A stretch of 63,151 bases of DNA, the filler included, from Thraustochytrium aureum (Eukaryota), in the NCBI GenBank assembly GCA_012862495.1. It is 3 parts of 3 records of this genome, joined end to end, with 100 filler letters (N's around TTAATTAATTAA, not from the genome) between each part and the next. Parts side by side here need not be neighbours in the genome. Positions count along the whole stretch, not along the records: positions 18,669 to 34,772 come from BLSG01000108.1; positions 34,873 to 63,151 come from BLSG01000109.1; 1 more part is not named here. One strand, written 5' to 3'. The first letter of the stretch is position 1; each line of letters begins with the position of its first letter. Under the pieces are notes generated by a model. That model saw only the letters and a list, made by a program, of their open reading frames with translations, was not told the origin of the DNA and did not search any database. This document shows positions 23,198 to 36,768 of the stretch, piece after piece. The position numbers were made by a program, and so were the translations under genes.

Positions 23198-23500
23198 CTG
23201 CCGCGCTGCCAGGGGCGGCGGCCGTTGCTCGGCGCAAGCAGCGCTGGGCGGAATTCTGTACTTACAGCTGCTCACTCATGCAAACGATTCATTTCATTCA
23301 TTGCAGTCCGTAGACTCTACTCCCCACAAGGCAACGAGCAGCCCCTCCGCGCAGTGTATCCGCGCCGCGGGCCTGCACAAGGCGGCTGGGCCGTTAGAAG
23401 CCTCGTAAAGGCTCGCGACCGAGCCCTCCGCAGGCCCTCCTGCACCCTGGCTCGGCCTGCAGGGCGCGCAGCGCCCCAGCACGCGCTTGCGGCAGCATGC

Positions 23501-26500
23501 CTAGCGGCGCGGCGGCTTCTTGGGCGTGCCGCCAACCGAGCCCGAGTCGTACGTGCGGGTCTGCGCTCCGAGCTGCGACTTGAGGTCGTCCACCATGCGC
23601 TTGTACTTGACGAGCTCGGCAGAGGCGCCATTCTTCTTGGCCTGGCCCAGCTGCACCTTGCGGCACCGCGAGGCAAAGTTGAGCGAGCAGACCGACTCGG
23701 GCGCGTTCCAGCGCACGGGCGAAATGTTGACAAACATGGCCACCTTTGAGTCGCCCCCCAACGAGTTTTGCAGCAAGTGTGTCAGCTTCGAGTTGCGAAA
23801 AGGAATGTGCGACTGCCGGCTCTTGCCCGTCTGCCCGAGCGCGGCGATCACGTCGCCAAGCGCTGAGAGGCTCTTGTTGATGTTTTGCGCCTCCTTGAGG
23901 CGATCGCCCGATGCGTCCGTCTTCGAAATGCGCTCGCTCCCGGCCAGGTCGATCAGGTTCAACTTGCCGCGGCTTTTCTTGCCGGAAATCTTGTTTACAG
24001 CCGTGATGTTCACGGTGAGCACGAGGTGGGAGCGCGACGAGTGCTCGTTCATGTTGTGCGCGCCGACCGCGCGGTTGCCCTGCGCCATTCGGATCGCCGC
24101 CTTCACGTCCGTCATCGAGCTGACCTCGACCTCCTCCAACCCCTGCACATAGACCTTGCCGTCTGGAGTGAGCCGAATGTCCAAGTTGGCCGTCTTTGCC
24201 GCCTGCTTGTCCAGCTTCGTGAGCAAATCGCGCACGTTCTCGTTGTAGATCTCGAGGATGCTCACGCGGAACTCGTACGACTCGTCCTCGGCGCGCTCGT
24301 CCCGGATGGTAAACAGGGCTCCCAGCGCGCGAAAGTTGACGCCGGGGTCATCGGAGGGCCCCTCCATGGTGTGCGTCTTGCCGCTCCCGGTCTGCCCGTA
24401 CGCAAAAATGCACACGTTGTACCCGTCCAGCACGCTGGTGATGAGCGGGCTTATGTCTTCGAACACCTGGGCCTGCGACGTGTTGGGCTGGAACACGGCG
24501 TCAAATTCAAACCGGTTCGTGCTCGCCTCGTCTCGGCTCAGTACGATTTCGTTCGGGACGGGAAACTCGGTCACGTCCACGGCGTTCGCGGTCCCGCTGC
24601 TGAGCTCGGCAGGGAGGATTGGCCGAACGCGGCAGTACACGCGAATGTTGCCTTTGAGGTCCATCAGCTCGTTGTGCACGCGCTTGCGCAGCCCGCTCTC
24701 TTTCACGTAGAGGCGCTTGAACTCGTCCACCTGAGCCTGCATCTGGTCGCGGGTCATGCGGATCGCCTCGTCGACGCGCAGCTCCATTTCGGCGCGGAGC
24801 TCCGCAAGCGCCTGCGCTTTCTCGCGCTCGGCCTCGGCCTTAAACTCTGCCATTGCGATGAAGGCGTCGTCGCGCTCCGTCTCGACTTGGCTCAGCGCCG
24901 CTGCGTGCTGGGACTCGAGGGCCCGCACCGCGCCCTCGTGCGCTGCCAGAGCCTCTGCGAGCCGCTGCTTCGCTTGCCCGCTGGCGACTTCCATCGCGGT
25001 TTCGTGCTCGCGCTGCTGCTGCTCTGCGGCTCGCGCGGCACTTGCAAGCTCCGCGCTGTGCGACTCGCGAACGATGGCCAACTCGGCTTGGAGGTTGTCC
25101 GCGTACCTCGCGGCAGCCTCTTCCTCTGCGCGTTCAAGCGCTGCGGCGGCTTCGGCCTTGGCAGCCTCGAGAGCCTCTTTGCTGGCCGCAAGCGCTTCGC
25201 TCGCCTCGGAAGCGCGCACAGACGTCGCTTCAAGGGCGGCTTTCGTTTCGTCAAGGGACCTCTTCTCGATCTCCAACGCCCCGCGGGCCTGTGCGAGCCC
25301 TTCCTCCTGGCTACTAACGACTGCGCCAAGATCGGCAGCCTCGGCCCGGCTCTTGGAGAGCTCGACTTGCAGCTCGGCACTGCTCGTCTTGAGAGAGGCG
25401 AGCTCGGCCTCCAGTTTTGCCACGAGCTCTTTTGTTGCCCCGAGTTCGGCATGGACCTCGGCCGCGGCGCCCTCCTGCTTGGCGAGCCGAGCGGCGAGAT
25501 CTTCCGCCCGAGCGCGCTCCTCTTCGAGGGCAGCGCTCGGGCCAACAGCCTCGGCCCGTGCAGCCGACACGAGCGCCTCTGCCGCAGCTGATTTTTCAGC
25601 GCTTCTTGCCAGGTCTCTCTCCAGCGCCTCAATTCTGGACGCGGTCGACTCCTCCAGGTCGCGCAGCTGCTCTTCTAGCAGACGGCGGCTGCTCTCCGAC
25701 TGCTTCAATGCGACCTGCAGTGTGCTGTGCTCTTCCCCCGCGCGGCGCGGCGACCGGAGCGGCGAGCCCGGCGGGGAGGCTGCGAGCTTCACGGCGGCGT
25801 CACTGCGACTGCTCGAAACCATATTCTTGAGCTCTAAGCAGCGGTTTCGCTCCTCAACGAGGTCGCGTTCTAGGAGCGCGACTTTGCTGGCGAGCTCGTC
25901 AACNNNNNNNNNNNNNNNNNNNNNNNNNNNNNNNNNNNNNNNNNNNNNNNNNNNNNNNNNNNNNNNNNNNNNNNNNNNNNNNNNNNNNNNNNNNNNNNNN
26001 NNNNNNNNGACTTTGCTGGCGAGCTCGTCAACTGCGCGCTCGTGCTCGGGCCGCGGCACGTCCGCCTCGCGGCCCTCTGCGCTGCCCTCAACGCCGGGGT
26101 CTGACATGAGCAGCTCAATGTGCCTTGCTTGGCGCTGCACATCGTGTTCGAGCTGCTCTTTCTCGCGCATCACGTCGGCGAGCCGCTGCCTCTGGCTCTC
26201 GGCCTCGCCGGACAACTTGGAGTACTCGAGCGCGAGGTCGTCAAGTGCGCCCTCGTCGTTCTCGCGCTGCTGCCGGACAAACTCCTCCAGCTTGGCAAAG
26301 TGGTCGAGTTTGTCGTCCTGAGCGCGAATGTGCTCTTTGAGGCCATTCAGCTGCCGCACGAGTTGATGCGCGGTTTCCCGCTGCTCGCGGGCTTGCGCGA
26401 TCGCTTCGATTTTCTCGCGCAGCGCCTCGCGCAAATGCTCCTCCATGGCGCGCTGCTCCGGGTCTTGGACAGGCCAGCTCCCCTCCGCGCTGTTGGGCTC

Positions 26501-26825
26501 GTCGAACTCTTCCTTTTCCGGATTTGGGGACTCGCGCGCGTTGGGCTCGTCATTCTCGGCGCAACCGGCCGCAGCGCTCGAGCGCTCGAGCGCCTGGATG
26601 CGGCGCTCTTTCTCTGCGAACAACTTTTGGTACTCGCGAAACACTTTTGAGCTGCTCGAGCTGCGTCTCGACCAGCAAGTCCTTGTACACTTGCGCATGC
26701 GCTGCGTCGTCGCCCGCGTCGTCCAGCAGGCTTCCATTCATCACGTTCTCCACGCTCTCGACGGCCTTGCGCAAGTTATCGCCCAGCCCAAACTTGATAT
26801 TGCGGAGCCTATGCATCGTGAACAT
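23501..26825 (-). CDS. Kinesin-14 (C-terminal motor) with long N-terminal coiled coil; apparent frameshift ~26642, small gap 25904-26008
   Basis: Neck RKRVHNELMDLKGNIRVYCRVRP, P-loop GQTGSGKT, switch I NEHSSRSH, switch II DLAGSER, HIPFRNSKLT. Confidence 0.95.
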
Positions 26826-27722
26826 CTTCGCGCGCGCCGCGTCCGGCGCCGCTCCGCACGTGAAGAGGGCGCGCGCGCGAGCGGGCGCTCGAGTGGGCGA
26901 GCGAGGACGGGGAGGTTGTGGGGTTGGCCAGTTTTCGACGACCGCCCGCGACCGATTCCGAGCAGAATTGCCACGGCGTAAACGCGACCTTCGCAGGGCG
27001 CTACGAAAGCTCCGCCTCGCTCCTCGCCAGCGCCGCCCGAGCGCGTCCGACCGGCCGCGCGCAGTCTCTCCGCCGCTGTGGAGCAGGCTATGCTCGCCGA
27101 AAACCGCCCGAGCAAACGGCAGCGAAAACAATACGCATTTCACCTGTTACGCATTTCTGCTTCACGAAACCAAAATACGCAATTTCATACGCATTTCTCG
27201 CCTTGTTTAACCTTTGCGTATCCTTTACTCCCGGCTCAGTTATACCTTTTAAGATGCATGGGGAGAGTTCCATTGTTGCGTTGGCGGCCACGCGAGCAGA
27301 CGTGGAGCGCGTGCGGGCAGGCGCTCGTCGCCCTGGTACACCGCGCGTCGTGCACGCAGTTGGCGGCTTCGGCGGAGTTTGCTCCCACTGAGCTTGCCAG
27401 GGCCGTCACCGACAGGGGGAGGAGTCGAGTCGCTCACTCGTTCGCACGCTCACGCTCGAGCGCATCCATCCATCTGTCGTGTTGACGCCCGCTCTCGCAG
27501 CCGACCTGACGCAGCTGGCTCAAGGAGGGGTGGCGCTGCAGGGCGCACTGGGCTCCTGCCACTCGCCCTGGCGCTGGCAAACCTGGGCGCTCGGGCGCTG
27601 TCTGGCTTGGCAAAGGCGGGGGCACCGTCGAGCCGGTGCCGGCAGATACGTGCCGATTCCTCCCGCTGGTGGGCCTCGAGCTCAAGGACGCGCCGGACGA
27701 GGTGCAGAGCGCCCCGGCAAAC

Positions 27723-28496
27723 ATGGCAAGCTGCTCAGCCTGCGCGGAGCGGGCGCAGAGAGAGAGCCATCTTGAGCGGCAAAAGGCGGAGCTCGAGCTG
27801 CGCTGCAGCGCTCTTGCACAAGAACGAGACGCAGCAAAGCTGGCCTTGGAGCGCGAACGGGCCCGGGCCGCTGCCGCTGCCGAGCGGCTTTTCAACGACG
27901 CGTGCGCCAAGGGGTCGAAACAACGCGAAACTGACGCAGCGAACAAGGCGCTGCGGGAAGAGCTGGACACGGCGTTGAGGAGGGCGGCGGCTCAACTTGC
28001 AGAGCTGAGTGTCCTGCGCGAGGGCGGTGCCGGCGCCGCTGCGCGGCGCGCGCTCGAGCTTCAGCGCAGTGTCGCGCACCTAGAAAAGCAGTTGGAGCAG
28101 GCTCGCGAGGAGCTGCAGGTTCGCGCGACCACGGCAGCGCGCGCACTCGTCTGTCTTGAAACCGAGCGCCAGGAAGAGCTGGCCCACATCGGCAGCCTCG
28201 TCACGCGCGTTCTGAGGGTTGTCACCGGCGCCAGCAACCCGCTTGCTGGAATGCCCGCGGACCCGACGCAACTCTTTTGCGCGCTGGCTGTCGCTCTGAG
28301 CTGGGACACCGCTCACTTGCAGTCGCTCGGATTGCAAGCCTCAGAGCGCGGTGGGACTTGGCGCTCAGAGCAGACGTCGAGCGGCCCCAAACCGCTGCCA
28401 TCGCCACCGGAGCCAGATCTCGAGCCCCAAGGTCCGCCTCTCGGCTCAGCTGCGAGCCCCTCATTTCTAGCCGCACCCAACGTCCACACCGTGTAG
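27723..28496 (+). CDS. Coiled-coil protein, possibly golgin-like with a GRAB/GRIP-like C-terminal segment
   Basis: Heptad-rich helix followed by LFCALAVALSWDTAHLQSLGL; weak resemblance only. Confidence 0.4.
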   Translation: MASCSACAERAQRESHLERQKAELELRCSALAQERDAAKLALERERARAAAAAERLFNDACAKGSKQRETDAANKALREELDTALRRAAAQLAELSVLREGGAGAAARRALELQRSVAHLEKQLEQAREELQVRATTAARALVCLETERQEELAHIGSLVTRVLRVVTGASNPLAGMPADPTQLFCALAVALSWDTAHLQSLGLQASERGGTWRSEQTSSGPKPLPSPPEPDLEPQGPPLGSAASPSFLAAPNVHTV

Positions 28497-28876
28497 GCGA
28501 GTCCAGGGCGCGCCAACCATGCCGCCCGGCGCTCAACGCGCTCGGCGGGCGCCGGCGCCAGCGCCAAATGCACGCTATTGCACCGCGCACCTGCGCCACG
28601 CAGCGCTCCAAGCCAACCGGGTCGGGCGCGTCCGAGGCCAGCCTCGCCGTCGATAAAGCACGTAAGCCCGATGTCGAGGCCAACACCGTTCAACGGACAC
28701 ACGGGACGCGAGCGATGCAACATCGTGGAGGCCGTGAACGCGGACGGCGGGCCGCAATCAGGCCTCGTGCAACTCCGTGAGGCTCGCTCGCGAATCAGTT
28801 GAGGAGCTGGACGACCTGGCAGGCTTGTCGGTTGGTCGGTTGGTCGGTTGGAAGGAACGAAGGTTGGCAGGACGGG

Positions 28877-31800
28877 ATGGCCGGCCTCTGGACGCCGACC
28901 GTCGTGGCCGACTTAAAGCGCGAACGCCTGCTCCACGAGTACAGGAAGCGGAGCAAAGGGCGGCGCCCCTCGCCCCACATCGCGCCCGAGCCCGGCGTGA
29001 GGCGGTTGGCGATCGTGGACGGGGCTGAAACGGCGGTTGAGGAGCGTCGCACGAGCGCCACTGCCTTGGTGAACAAGGCGCCTCCTGCAGCCGCCTCGTT
29101 CGTGCTAGCGCCAGCGCGGCCAGGGCGGTTTAGTAGCGGGTTGGCGTCGCCGCGGTCGAGGTTTGCGCAGGCCCAGGCGCGCGTTACGCGCAAGTTGCGC
29201 CATCTTTCCCTGGCCTCGCAGCCCATGGACGGAAGGCAGAAGGACGCCAACGACTTGCACGAGGAGGACGCGTCGGTTAGCGAAGCAGGCTACAAGCACC
29301 GGATACAGGTCCATCGGCAGTCTATTGCNNNNNNNNNNNNNNNNNNNNNNNNNNNNNNNNNNNNNNNNNNNNNNNNNNNNNNNNNNNNNNNNNNNNNNNN
29401 NNNNNNNNNNNNNNNNNNNNNNNNNNNNNNNNNNNNNNNNNNNNNNNNNNNNNNNNNNNNNNNNNNNNNNNNNNNNNNNACTCTGCCGAGCTCAAGGATG
29501 CGGGCTCCAGGCACGAGCTCCGTCCAAGCCCGCCGGCAGCCGATGTCGCGTCCCCGGCACGTCCAACCTGCTCTGTGGACGTCGCCAGGGCCCGTGAGAC
29601 GGTTGAGCAATACTTTGGTTCCGAGCGGCTCCGTGCAGCTGTCGCTCAGTGCAAGGCCAGATACAAATGTGCGGCAAGGACGAGCGCCGCACAGGCGCTG
29701 TGGGTTGAGGACATGTGCCCCACAAACTGGTGCGTCGGCGATACCTTGCAGGAGCACACGGTGCAAGGCCCGGACGGCGGCGTTGGCCGGGCAGCAGAAG
29801 GTCCCGCGAGCGAACTCGGCAGAGCAGGCCGTGGGGGGCGCGAACTCCCCGAGATTGATTTGTCGCAGCGTGGCATGAGCGACTCAACGACCAGACAGCG
29901 CCTTGACGCGATGGCCAAGCGCCTTGGTTCTGAAGTTCGGCGCGTGGACCTCAGCGGCAACCGTATTGGGTTTGCTCAGTCTGGGCTGTTTGGGTGGACA
30001 CTGTTGTCCCTCGTGGAAATCGACCTGGGCAACAACCAGATTTCCGACGTGGGCGCTTGCGCGTTGCTGACCGAGCTCAGCGCGGCGGGCTCTGTCCGCC
30101 AGCTCGGCCTCTCGCGCAACCGCATTCGTGGCAAGTTGACGCGACTCTACGAGCTGCTGCAGAGCTGCGCCTCGCTCAGGACGCTCGACTTGTCCTGGAA
30201 CGCACTAGGCGCGCAAGGCATCGGCGCCCTGGCTTGCTTGCTTCGCGGGGAAGAGAACCGCGGCCTCCGCGACCTCAACGTGAGCCACAATCAGCAGTCC
30301 CTCGCGAGCGGCGACGCCGAGGTGCTCGCGGAGCAAAAGGCCTTGCAACCGCTTTTTGACGCGCTGCGCACCAACTCGGCGCTGCGGCACTTGGACCTGT
30401 CCCACAACGCACTGTGCTGCGAAACGATGGCGCATCTCGGGGAGGCCCTGCTATCGAATCGGACGCTACTCGGGATCCACTTGCGTGGCAATATGGCGCG
30501 CCTCGACGCGCTGGGGTTTGTTGTGCCGCTCACCAAGATCGACAGCGGCGATTTTGCGACCAACTGTTGGCTTTGTGAGGGCTGGGAGCCTGTCCGGTTC
30601 GCTTGGGCCGTCAAGGCGCCGACCTCGAAGAAGAAGGAGGAGGAGGAGGACGACGAGGCCTGCGCCGCGCGCGACGCACCGGAGGAGCGCGGCCCGGCGG
30701 TTTGTGTGCACGTCCCGCAGCTCAACTGGGCGCCGGTCCCGCTTGTTGAGCGCGGAGGAAGCGAACCGGCGGAAAAGGAGGAGCACCTCCGGACACTCGA
30801 GGTGGCGCTCGTCTTGCCGATGGGAGGGGGCGACCCGGTCCCGTATCTGATAACAGTGGACGGATCTCCCCAATTATCTGCACGCGACCCCGTTGGGCGA
30901 GTTCGCGGCAAGATCCTCAGCGACGACCGGGCTCAGATCCTCGACGCGCGGTCGTCTGGCGTGATCAACTTTGTCGACTTTACGCGCAACGAATTTTTCG
31001 ACGTGCGCAACCGGTCCCGTTTCCTCGTGCCGAGGCTGCAAATCGGTGAACTGGTCGATGCCGTTCAGCAGGGCAAGTACCACGCGTGGTCACTAAAGAG
31101 CTCGGTGTGGCAGGAGCGATGCGCGTCGTGGCCAGGAGGCGTGCCGCTCGACGGCACCCCGACCAACCTAGAGCGGGTCGTTGCTGAGGACTGGGCGCGC
31201 CTTGCCGAGTCGAGCGTCGCTGTGGCGCACGCGCAGGAGCTTCGCTCGTTTTTCGACTCGGGCTGGTATGAGCTGCACGCCTTGTTGTCGCCTACGCTGC
31301 TCGCTCAGCGGGCGCGTCGCAGACGCGCGGTTGTTGCGTGTTGGGGGTCTGCTTTGCCTTTTAGAGGACGCCGGCCTTGTTGGGGCGAGGCTGACGCGGC
31401 AGCTTTTGCTGGTGCTTTTGCAGAGGCAGTAGTCCACAGCCTGCGGGATCCGCCCCGCGTTTCCGATGCGAAGAGCTCGGGCCCTGCTTCTGGTAGCTGT
31501 GAGCCGACCTTGCCAAGAGCGGCCTGGATTGACTTGTTCGTAAGGATTGCGCTGGTGTCGACGAGGACCATCAAGCCCCAGCTCTCTGTGCGAGCGGCTT
31601 GCGAGCGGATGCGCGCAGCGCTCAAAAAGGTACAACGACCTGGCCAAGCTCGTGCCGGACGCCTTTTCGGGTCCGCCGAGCTGTACACGGAGCAGGTGGA
31701 CGGCTGGTTCCNNNNNNNNNNNNNNNNNNNNNNNNNNNNNNNNNNNNNNNNNNNNNNNNNNNNNNNNNNNNNNNNNNNNNNNNNNNNNNNNNNNNNNNNN

Positions 31801-32618
31801 NNNNNNNNNNNNNNNNNNNNNNNNNNNNNNNNNNNNNNNNNNNNNNNNNNNNNNNNNNNNNNNNNNNNNNNNNNNNNNNNNNNNNNNNNNNNNNNNNNNN
31901 NNNNNNNTTTGACGATTGCTGCAGCGAAGACCGCCACGCTGGCGCCAGCGCAGAGGCCTTTGTTAGAACCTTGCAGGACGCGGGCCTCGTCCGCTTTGGC
32001 GCACTGCGGGACGGCGACCTACTGGCCGCCTTGGCGCAGACGTGGCCGATGCTCGCCAGCGATGGGTGCGACGCCGTAGCTCCGCGGCTCTGCTTTGCCG
32101 ACTTTGCCGAGGCCTTTGCGCGCGTCGCGGTGCTTGTGCCGATCGTGCCGCCCGAGATGGCCGAGTTCACGACGCCGCTACAAGTTTACACGTTCTGCGA
32201 CTTGACGGGCGTTTGGCCGCTCCTCTCCACTCGAGGGTCAGTGGCGCTCGTGGCACAGCTCGACAACTTGGTGCGCTGGCTTCATTGGGCGCCGGACCGG
32301 CTCGCGGCCGCTGCAGAGCAGCGCACGTTTTGGAATGAGTTTGTCGGCTCGCACATCGACCTGCGTGCTGAAGTGCTTGCGGTCGTCGACGGGGCACCCG
32401 AGGACTCGCTCCGCACGCGACTGCTCGTGCATCAAACCTGCAACGACCTCTACTTTCAGCTTCGCTCACGGACCTTGTCTGTGCGCAAGCTCGAGCAGCT
32501 TTTGCACCGCGCGTTGCACACCTTGCATCAGGCCGAAAAGGATCCAGACCTGGACGGCGCCGCGGAGGTGCGTCAGCAGGAGGTGCTCGCGGCAGCCTTG
32601 CAGCTCATCCTAGCATAG
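28877..32618 (+). CDS. Large leucine-rich repeat protein (RI-like LRRs), interrupted by two gaps
   Basis: LRRs VDLSGNRIG, IDLGNNQISDVG, LGLSRNRI, LDLSWNALG, LNVSHN, LDLSHNAL, then LLGIHLRGN and NCWLCEGW. Joining across gaps is inferred. Confidence 0.75.
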
Positions 32619-34428
32619 CTCCAGCAGCTCCAACTGTCAAGAGCAACCGGGTCAGCATGAGCAGCCAGCCCCTCGAGCATCCGCGAGAGACACGCTCGAC
32701 CGGCATGGCACGCATCTCTCTAGCAAGAGAGTCCTCGCAATTTCAACCGAGTTTTGTTCTGCCTCGGAACGGATGCTTGCAACCGCGATGAACCGATCCG
32801 CCGGAGAGAGCTTGACTTGATTGAACAGCCATTGAACGGCCACTTTTTGTGAAAAACTCGCGCACAGCCCGCGCTCGAAGTGTGCGCGTTGGTTGGCTTG
32901 CAGCGCGTCATCGCGCATTTCGTCCCAGTCTCCAAAGCCACGTCATTCGCTTGTCGCTGCTTTTGTGCCTCCCTAACGGCAAAACTCAGGAAACGACGGA
33001 GAGAGTTGACTTGCCCGTCGCGTGCCGCCGCAATCGAACGCCGTACATCACAGCTCCGCCGAGCAGAGGGGCGGTCGGGCAGTACGTCGAGGCATCGGAC
33101 GCAAATGCACGGCCCGCTGAGGGAAGGACATACGGATTCGGCCGCGAGCACCATCGTCCCGCGTGGCTGACTCGCCACATCAACGATCGCCCTTGCCACA
33201 CGCGCAGAGCCGCGGCCCTGCCTTCTGCCAGCCTCGAACGAACGACAGTTGTCGCATGGGGTCTGGTCTGGTCCGCGCCAAACAGGAGCCGGGCCGCCGC
33301 CAAGCGAGCGGCGCGTCGTTGCATCATTTCCACGGCCACCGCCGCCGCCCGCATCAGCGGTTGACTGATCCCGCCAGGCAGCCCGCCAGGCAGCCCGCCA
33401 AGCGCGCCAAGCGAGTCACGCGAGCGGCGCGTCGTTGCACCACGACCACGACCATCACCGCCGGTGGCGGGCATGCATCAGCGATTCCGCCACTCGACCG
33501 CCAGATGACCACGCTCTCCATCAACAACAACGATTCCGGCCGAGAGCGCGGCGCGTCGCATCACGCGACCAGGACGTCCCTCGCCGACGCGGGCGAGCCG
33601 GCAGCGGGCAGGCGGGCAAGCATCCACTGGCCACTGGCGCGATTTCAAGCTCAACGACGATGGGCTGCGAGCGTGAAGCGCCGCACTGCGCCATCAGAGC
33701 CGGCTCACGTGCTCCAAACAAGCTGTTGCAACCACCAAAACAAAGGTGTTTGTTTCCTTCCGAGTCGCCTCACCAGCGTCATTTGACTCGTGTCGTTTTT
33801 GTGTGTCTTCACTCTTCACCCTACTCTTGACCCGCGCGATGGGGGGGCACCTGGGGGAACGTATCAGATTCCGCCAACTGCCCTCCCACGGCGGCGCAGG
33901 TCTGTTCTGAGGCGAGCGGGTCCCAAGAGGGAACCGATCTGGCTGTAGAACGCGATCCCGCCTCACAACCCTAGAGGATCCGAAGGTGGAACCAGGCGAT
34001 CTCAAGCTAGGGCGGGAGGGATTCGCGAGCTTTGTAGCGATGAGAGAGAGAGGGAGACAGACCCCAAACGCGCAGCGCCGCGCAGCAGACCCCCAACGCG
34101 CAGGAGAGCGCAGCGGAGCGCAGGGCGCAGCAGGAGGCAGGGCGCAGCAGGGGACAGGGCGCAGCAGCTGCTGCTGCTGCTGCAGCGGGCGACGCGCGAG
34201 GTCGAGGAGGCCTATACTCTGCCGGTATCTCAGCTCTGCTCTACTTCACTGCCGACCTTCTCCTACTATCATACCTCTTTTGCTGGGCTGGCCAGAGACG
34301 AAACGAAAGGAGGATTGGTTGATTGTTGGTGGCGAGGGCGACGAGCGGCGCGAGGGCGGCAAGGGCCGGCTGGGAAAGTGGCGGCGAGGGCGGCAACGGG
34401 AGGCGGCGGGGCCGCGGAGGTGAAGGCG

Positions 34429-34772
34429 ATGGGCGCGGGGAAGGAGGGGGCGCGCGAGGCGAGACGGGTAGAGTGCGTCAGGGTGCACGCGGAAGGGAAG
34501 GGCGCGTTCAGACTGGTGAGCAAACGCGCGGAGGGCGGCGCCGAGGACAGCGTGGTGCGCAGCGAGGCGGAGCTCGTGGCGTTTCACAAGCAGCTGGTGA
34601 AGGAGCAGGTCAGGAAGCTCAAGCGCCAGGCCAGCGCGGTCGAGGCCGAGCTGGCGTTTCCGCTCGTCGAAACAAACGATGCCGGCCTGCAGCGGGCGAT
34701 GGGCCTGTGCGCGCTCGTGGCCTGCGGCGCTGCCCTAGCAAAGGCGGCCGGCGTTGGGCCGACGCCCATCCT
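34429..34772 (+). CDS. Partial protein, possibly PX-domain-like, truncated at scaffold end
   Basis: VVRSEAELVAFHKQLVKE resembles the PX RRYSxFxxLHxxL segment; GC3-biased codons. Confidence 0.35.
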
Positions 34773-34816
34773 NNNNNNNNNNNNNNNNNNNNNNNNNNNN
34801 NNNNNNNNNNNNNNNN

Positions 34817-34828
34817 TTAATTAATTAA
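34817..34828. other. Artificial scaffold linker TTAATTAATTAA
   Basis: Same as 18613-18624, inside an N run. Confidence 0.95.
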
Positions 34829-35121
34829 NNNNNNNNNNNNNNNNNNNNNNNNNNNNNNNNNNNNNNNNNNNNGAAAGCAAGCTCGCGTAGGCGGCACTCC
34901 AGGGCCAGCGGTAAAATCGGGCGAGCAGGCGTGGGGCGCGCTGGCGCGACCGCGAGCCGGTGGCCAAAATAGAAACACTGTGTAATGACGGCATGCGAAC
35001 GAGAAGAGGGAAAAAAAAAACTAAAGCTGGAAGGTCGATAGAATGAAGCAGAGGCGGCCATCGTCCTAGCCCAGCAGACACACTCGCTCGCTCCACTAGT
35101 AGCTCGAAGCGCCCGAGCTCG

Positions 35122-36768
35122 CTAGCCCTGGGGCTTTCCATCCTCGCCAAAAACTCCTGCTTCTGCAAACTCCACTGCAAACTTCCCAAAATCGTTCAAG
35201 TCCTCGGAATCCGCCGCGGCCGAGGCAGCTGCTGGCGCGGCTGCTGGCGTCGCCGTTGCGCTGACTGCCTGCGCAGCATCCCCGCTCTGCTCAGGCGGCA
35301 CGGCCGCCCCTGCCGCGGGAGCAGCCGCTTCGTCGGCCGGCTCGTCGTCAAAGACCCNNNNNNNNNNNNNNNNNNNNNNNNNNNNNNNNNNNCGACGCCG
35401 GCAGGGGCGCCCCCTGGGCGAGACCCATGTCCGGGACCGACGTGGCGGGCACTGCCTCGCCAATCTCCTCCTGCGCCTGCGCAGGCGCGGCGGCGGGCGC
35501 TGCCGCCTGCGATGCGTTTGCACCTGACAAGGAAGCGGCAGGCCCAGCGGCTGGAGGCGCAGCAGGCTGCGAGTCCGCGACAGTGGCATCCGCCGTGGCA
35601 AGTCCGCTGCCTTGCGTGGCCTCCGAAGCCACTGGCGGCGCTGGCTGAACGGCCGCCGCGGGCTTGGCGCCTGGAGCAGCAGCCGGGGGAGTCTCCTGCA
35701 TGCTTGTCACCGGCAGGGCGGGAGTTACAGGGGCTTTGGGCGGCGCGGGGTGGCCGCCCGAGCTTTCGCACGTGTCAGGGATGGGCACCGCCTCGAGCAA
35801 GTCTTTGACGAGAAAGCTGGGCGCGGGGGCGCGCTTGAAAAAGGTCTTGGACAGCAGCGTCGACGCCGACGGGCGGTTGGCCGGGTTTTTCTGGAGGCAG
35901 AGCGTCACGATCTCGCGAAAGTGGCGCGAAAACTTGGACTTGGTGGACTGGTAGTCCTCGTACGTCTTGAGCGAAGGGGGCGGGTTCTGGATGGTGGTCA
36001 GCAGCACCTTCATTGGCTGCAAGCGCGCGTATGGCGCGTACCCCTTGGCCAGCTCGAGCGCGGTGATCCCGAACGACCAGATGTCGGCCTTTTCGTCGTA
36101 TGGCCGTGTTTGCTCCATGACCTCGGGCGCCATCCAGCAGATGGTGCCTACAAAGGTCCGTCGCTCCGACTCGTTGCGATCTTGGCTACCGTTGGGGAGC
36201 CAGCCCGCGACGCCAAAGTCGGAGATGCGCACTGCGCCGTCGCTATCCATGAGCAGGTTGCTGGCTTTGATGTCTCGGTGCAGCTTGCCTTGCTGGTGAA
36301 AGTACTCGAGGCCCAGGAGGGTGGCCTTGAGGATGGCGGCGATCCACTCCTCCTTCATGCCCTCGCCCATGCCCATGCGCTTGAGGACCTTCATGATGCG
36401 GAGGCACGAGCCCTTGCGCATGAGAGGCATGACCAGCCAGAGGCTGCGCTTGACCACAAAGCAGGCGTACGCGCGCAGCACGCTCGGGTTTTTGCTCAGC
36501 AGCATCACGCGCACTTCCTGGTAGATGTCGTCCAAGCTCGAGGTCAGGTTGTCCAGCTCCATGATCTTGATGGCCACATCCGTGTTCTTCTCGGGGCACC
36601 ACGCCTGCCACACCTTGGCGAACGCGCCCTGCCCGATCTGCGCCTTGAGCTCATACGCAATGGCCGTCTGCGGCCAGTTCAGGTCCATCTCGCTCTCGAC
36701 GACCGCGCCGGCCTCCTTGTCCTTCTCTGCCGCTTTTTCCTCGTGAGCAGATCCTTGAGATCGTTCAT
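35122..36768 (-). CDS. STE20-family Ser/Thr kinase, OSR1/SPAK (FRAY)-like, with Ala/Pro-rich C-terminus. Start at 36768 (needs a frameshift) or 36688
   Basis: Motifs IGQGAFAKV, VAIK, LWLVMPLM, HRDIKASN, DFG, TFVGTICWMAPEV and DIWSFGITALELAKGYAP, plus PMKVLLTTIQNPPPSL. Confidence 0.93.

Noticed and set aside
21500..23275. 591-aa ORF as a single hydrolase
   Set aside because: Its upstream part is the antisense strand of APC13; the hydrolase most likely starts at 22687 or 22666.
25880..26032. Direct repeat flanking the gap in the kinesin gene (same pattern at 43246-43397)
   Set aside because: Identical sequence on both sides of a short N run indicates unmerged overlapping contig ends rather than a true duplication or TSD.
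23885..26321. Long antisense ORFs over kinesin (also over SEC23, NEMF and the kinase)
   Set aside because: Shadow ORFs produced by high GC3 codon bias; no recognisable domains.
32650..34300. Possible ncRNA or gene in the long intergenic region after the LRR gene
   Set aside because: No tRNA, snRNA or SRP signatures recognised; only short imperfect repeats and weak GC-rich stems.
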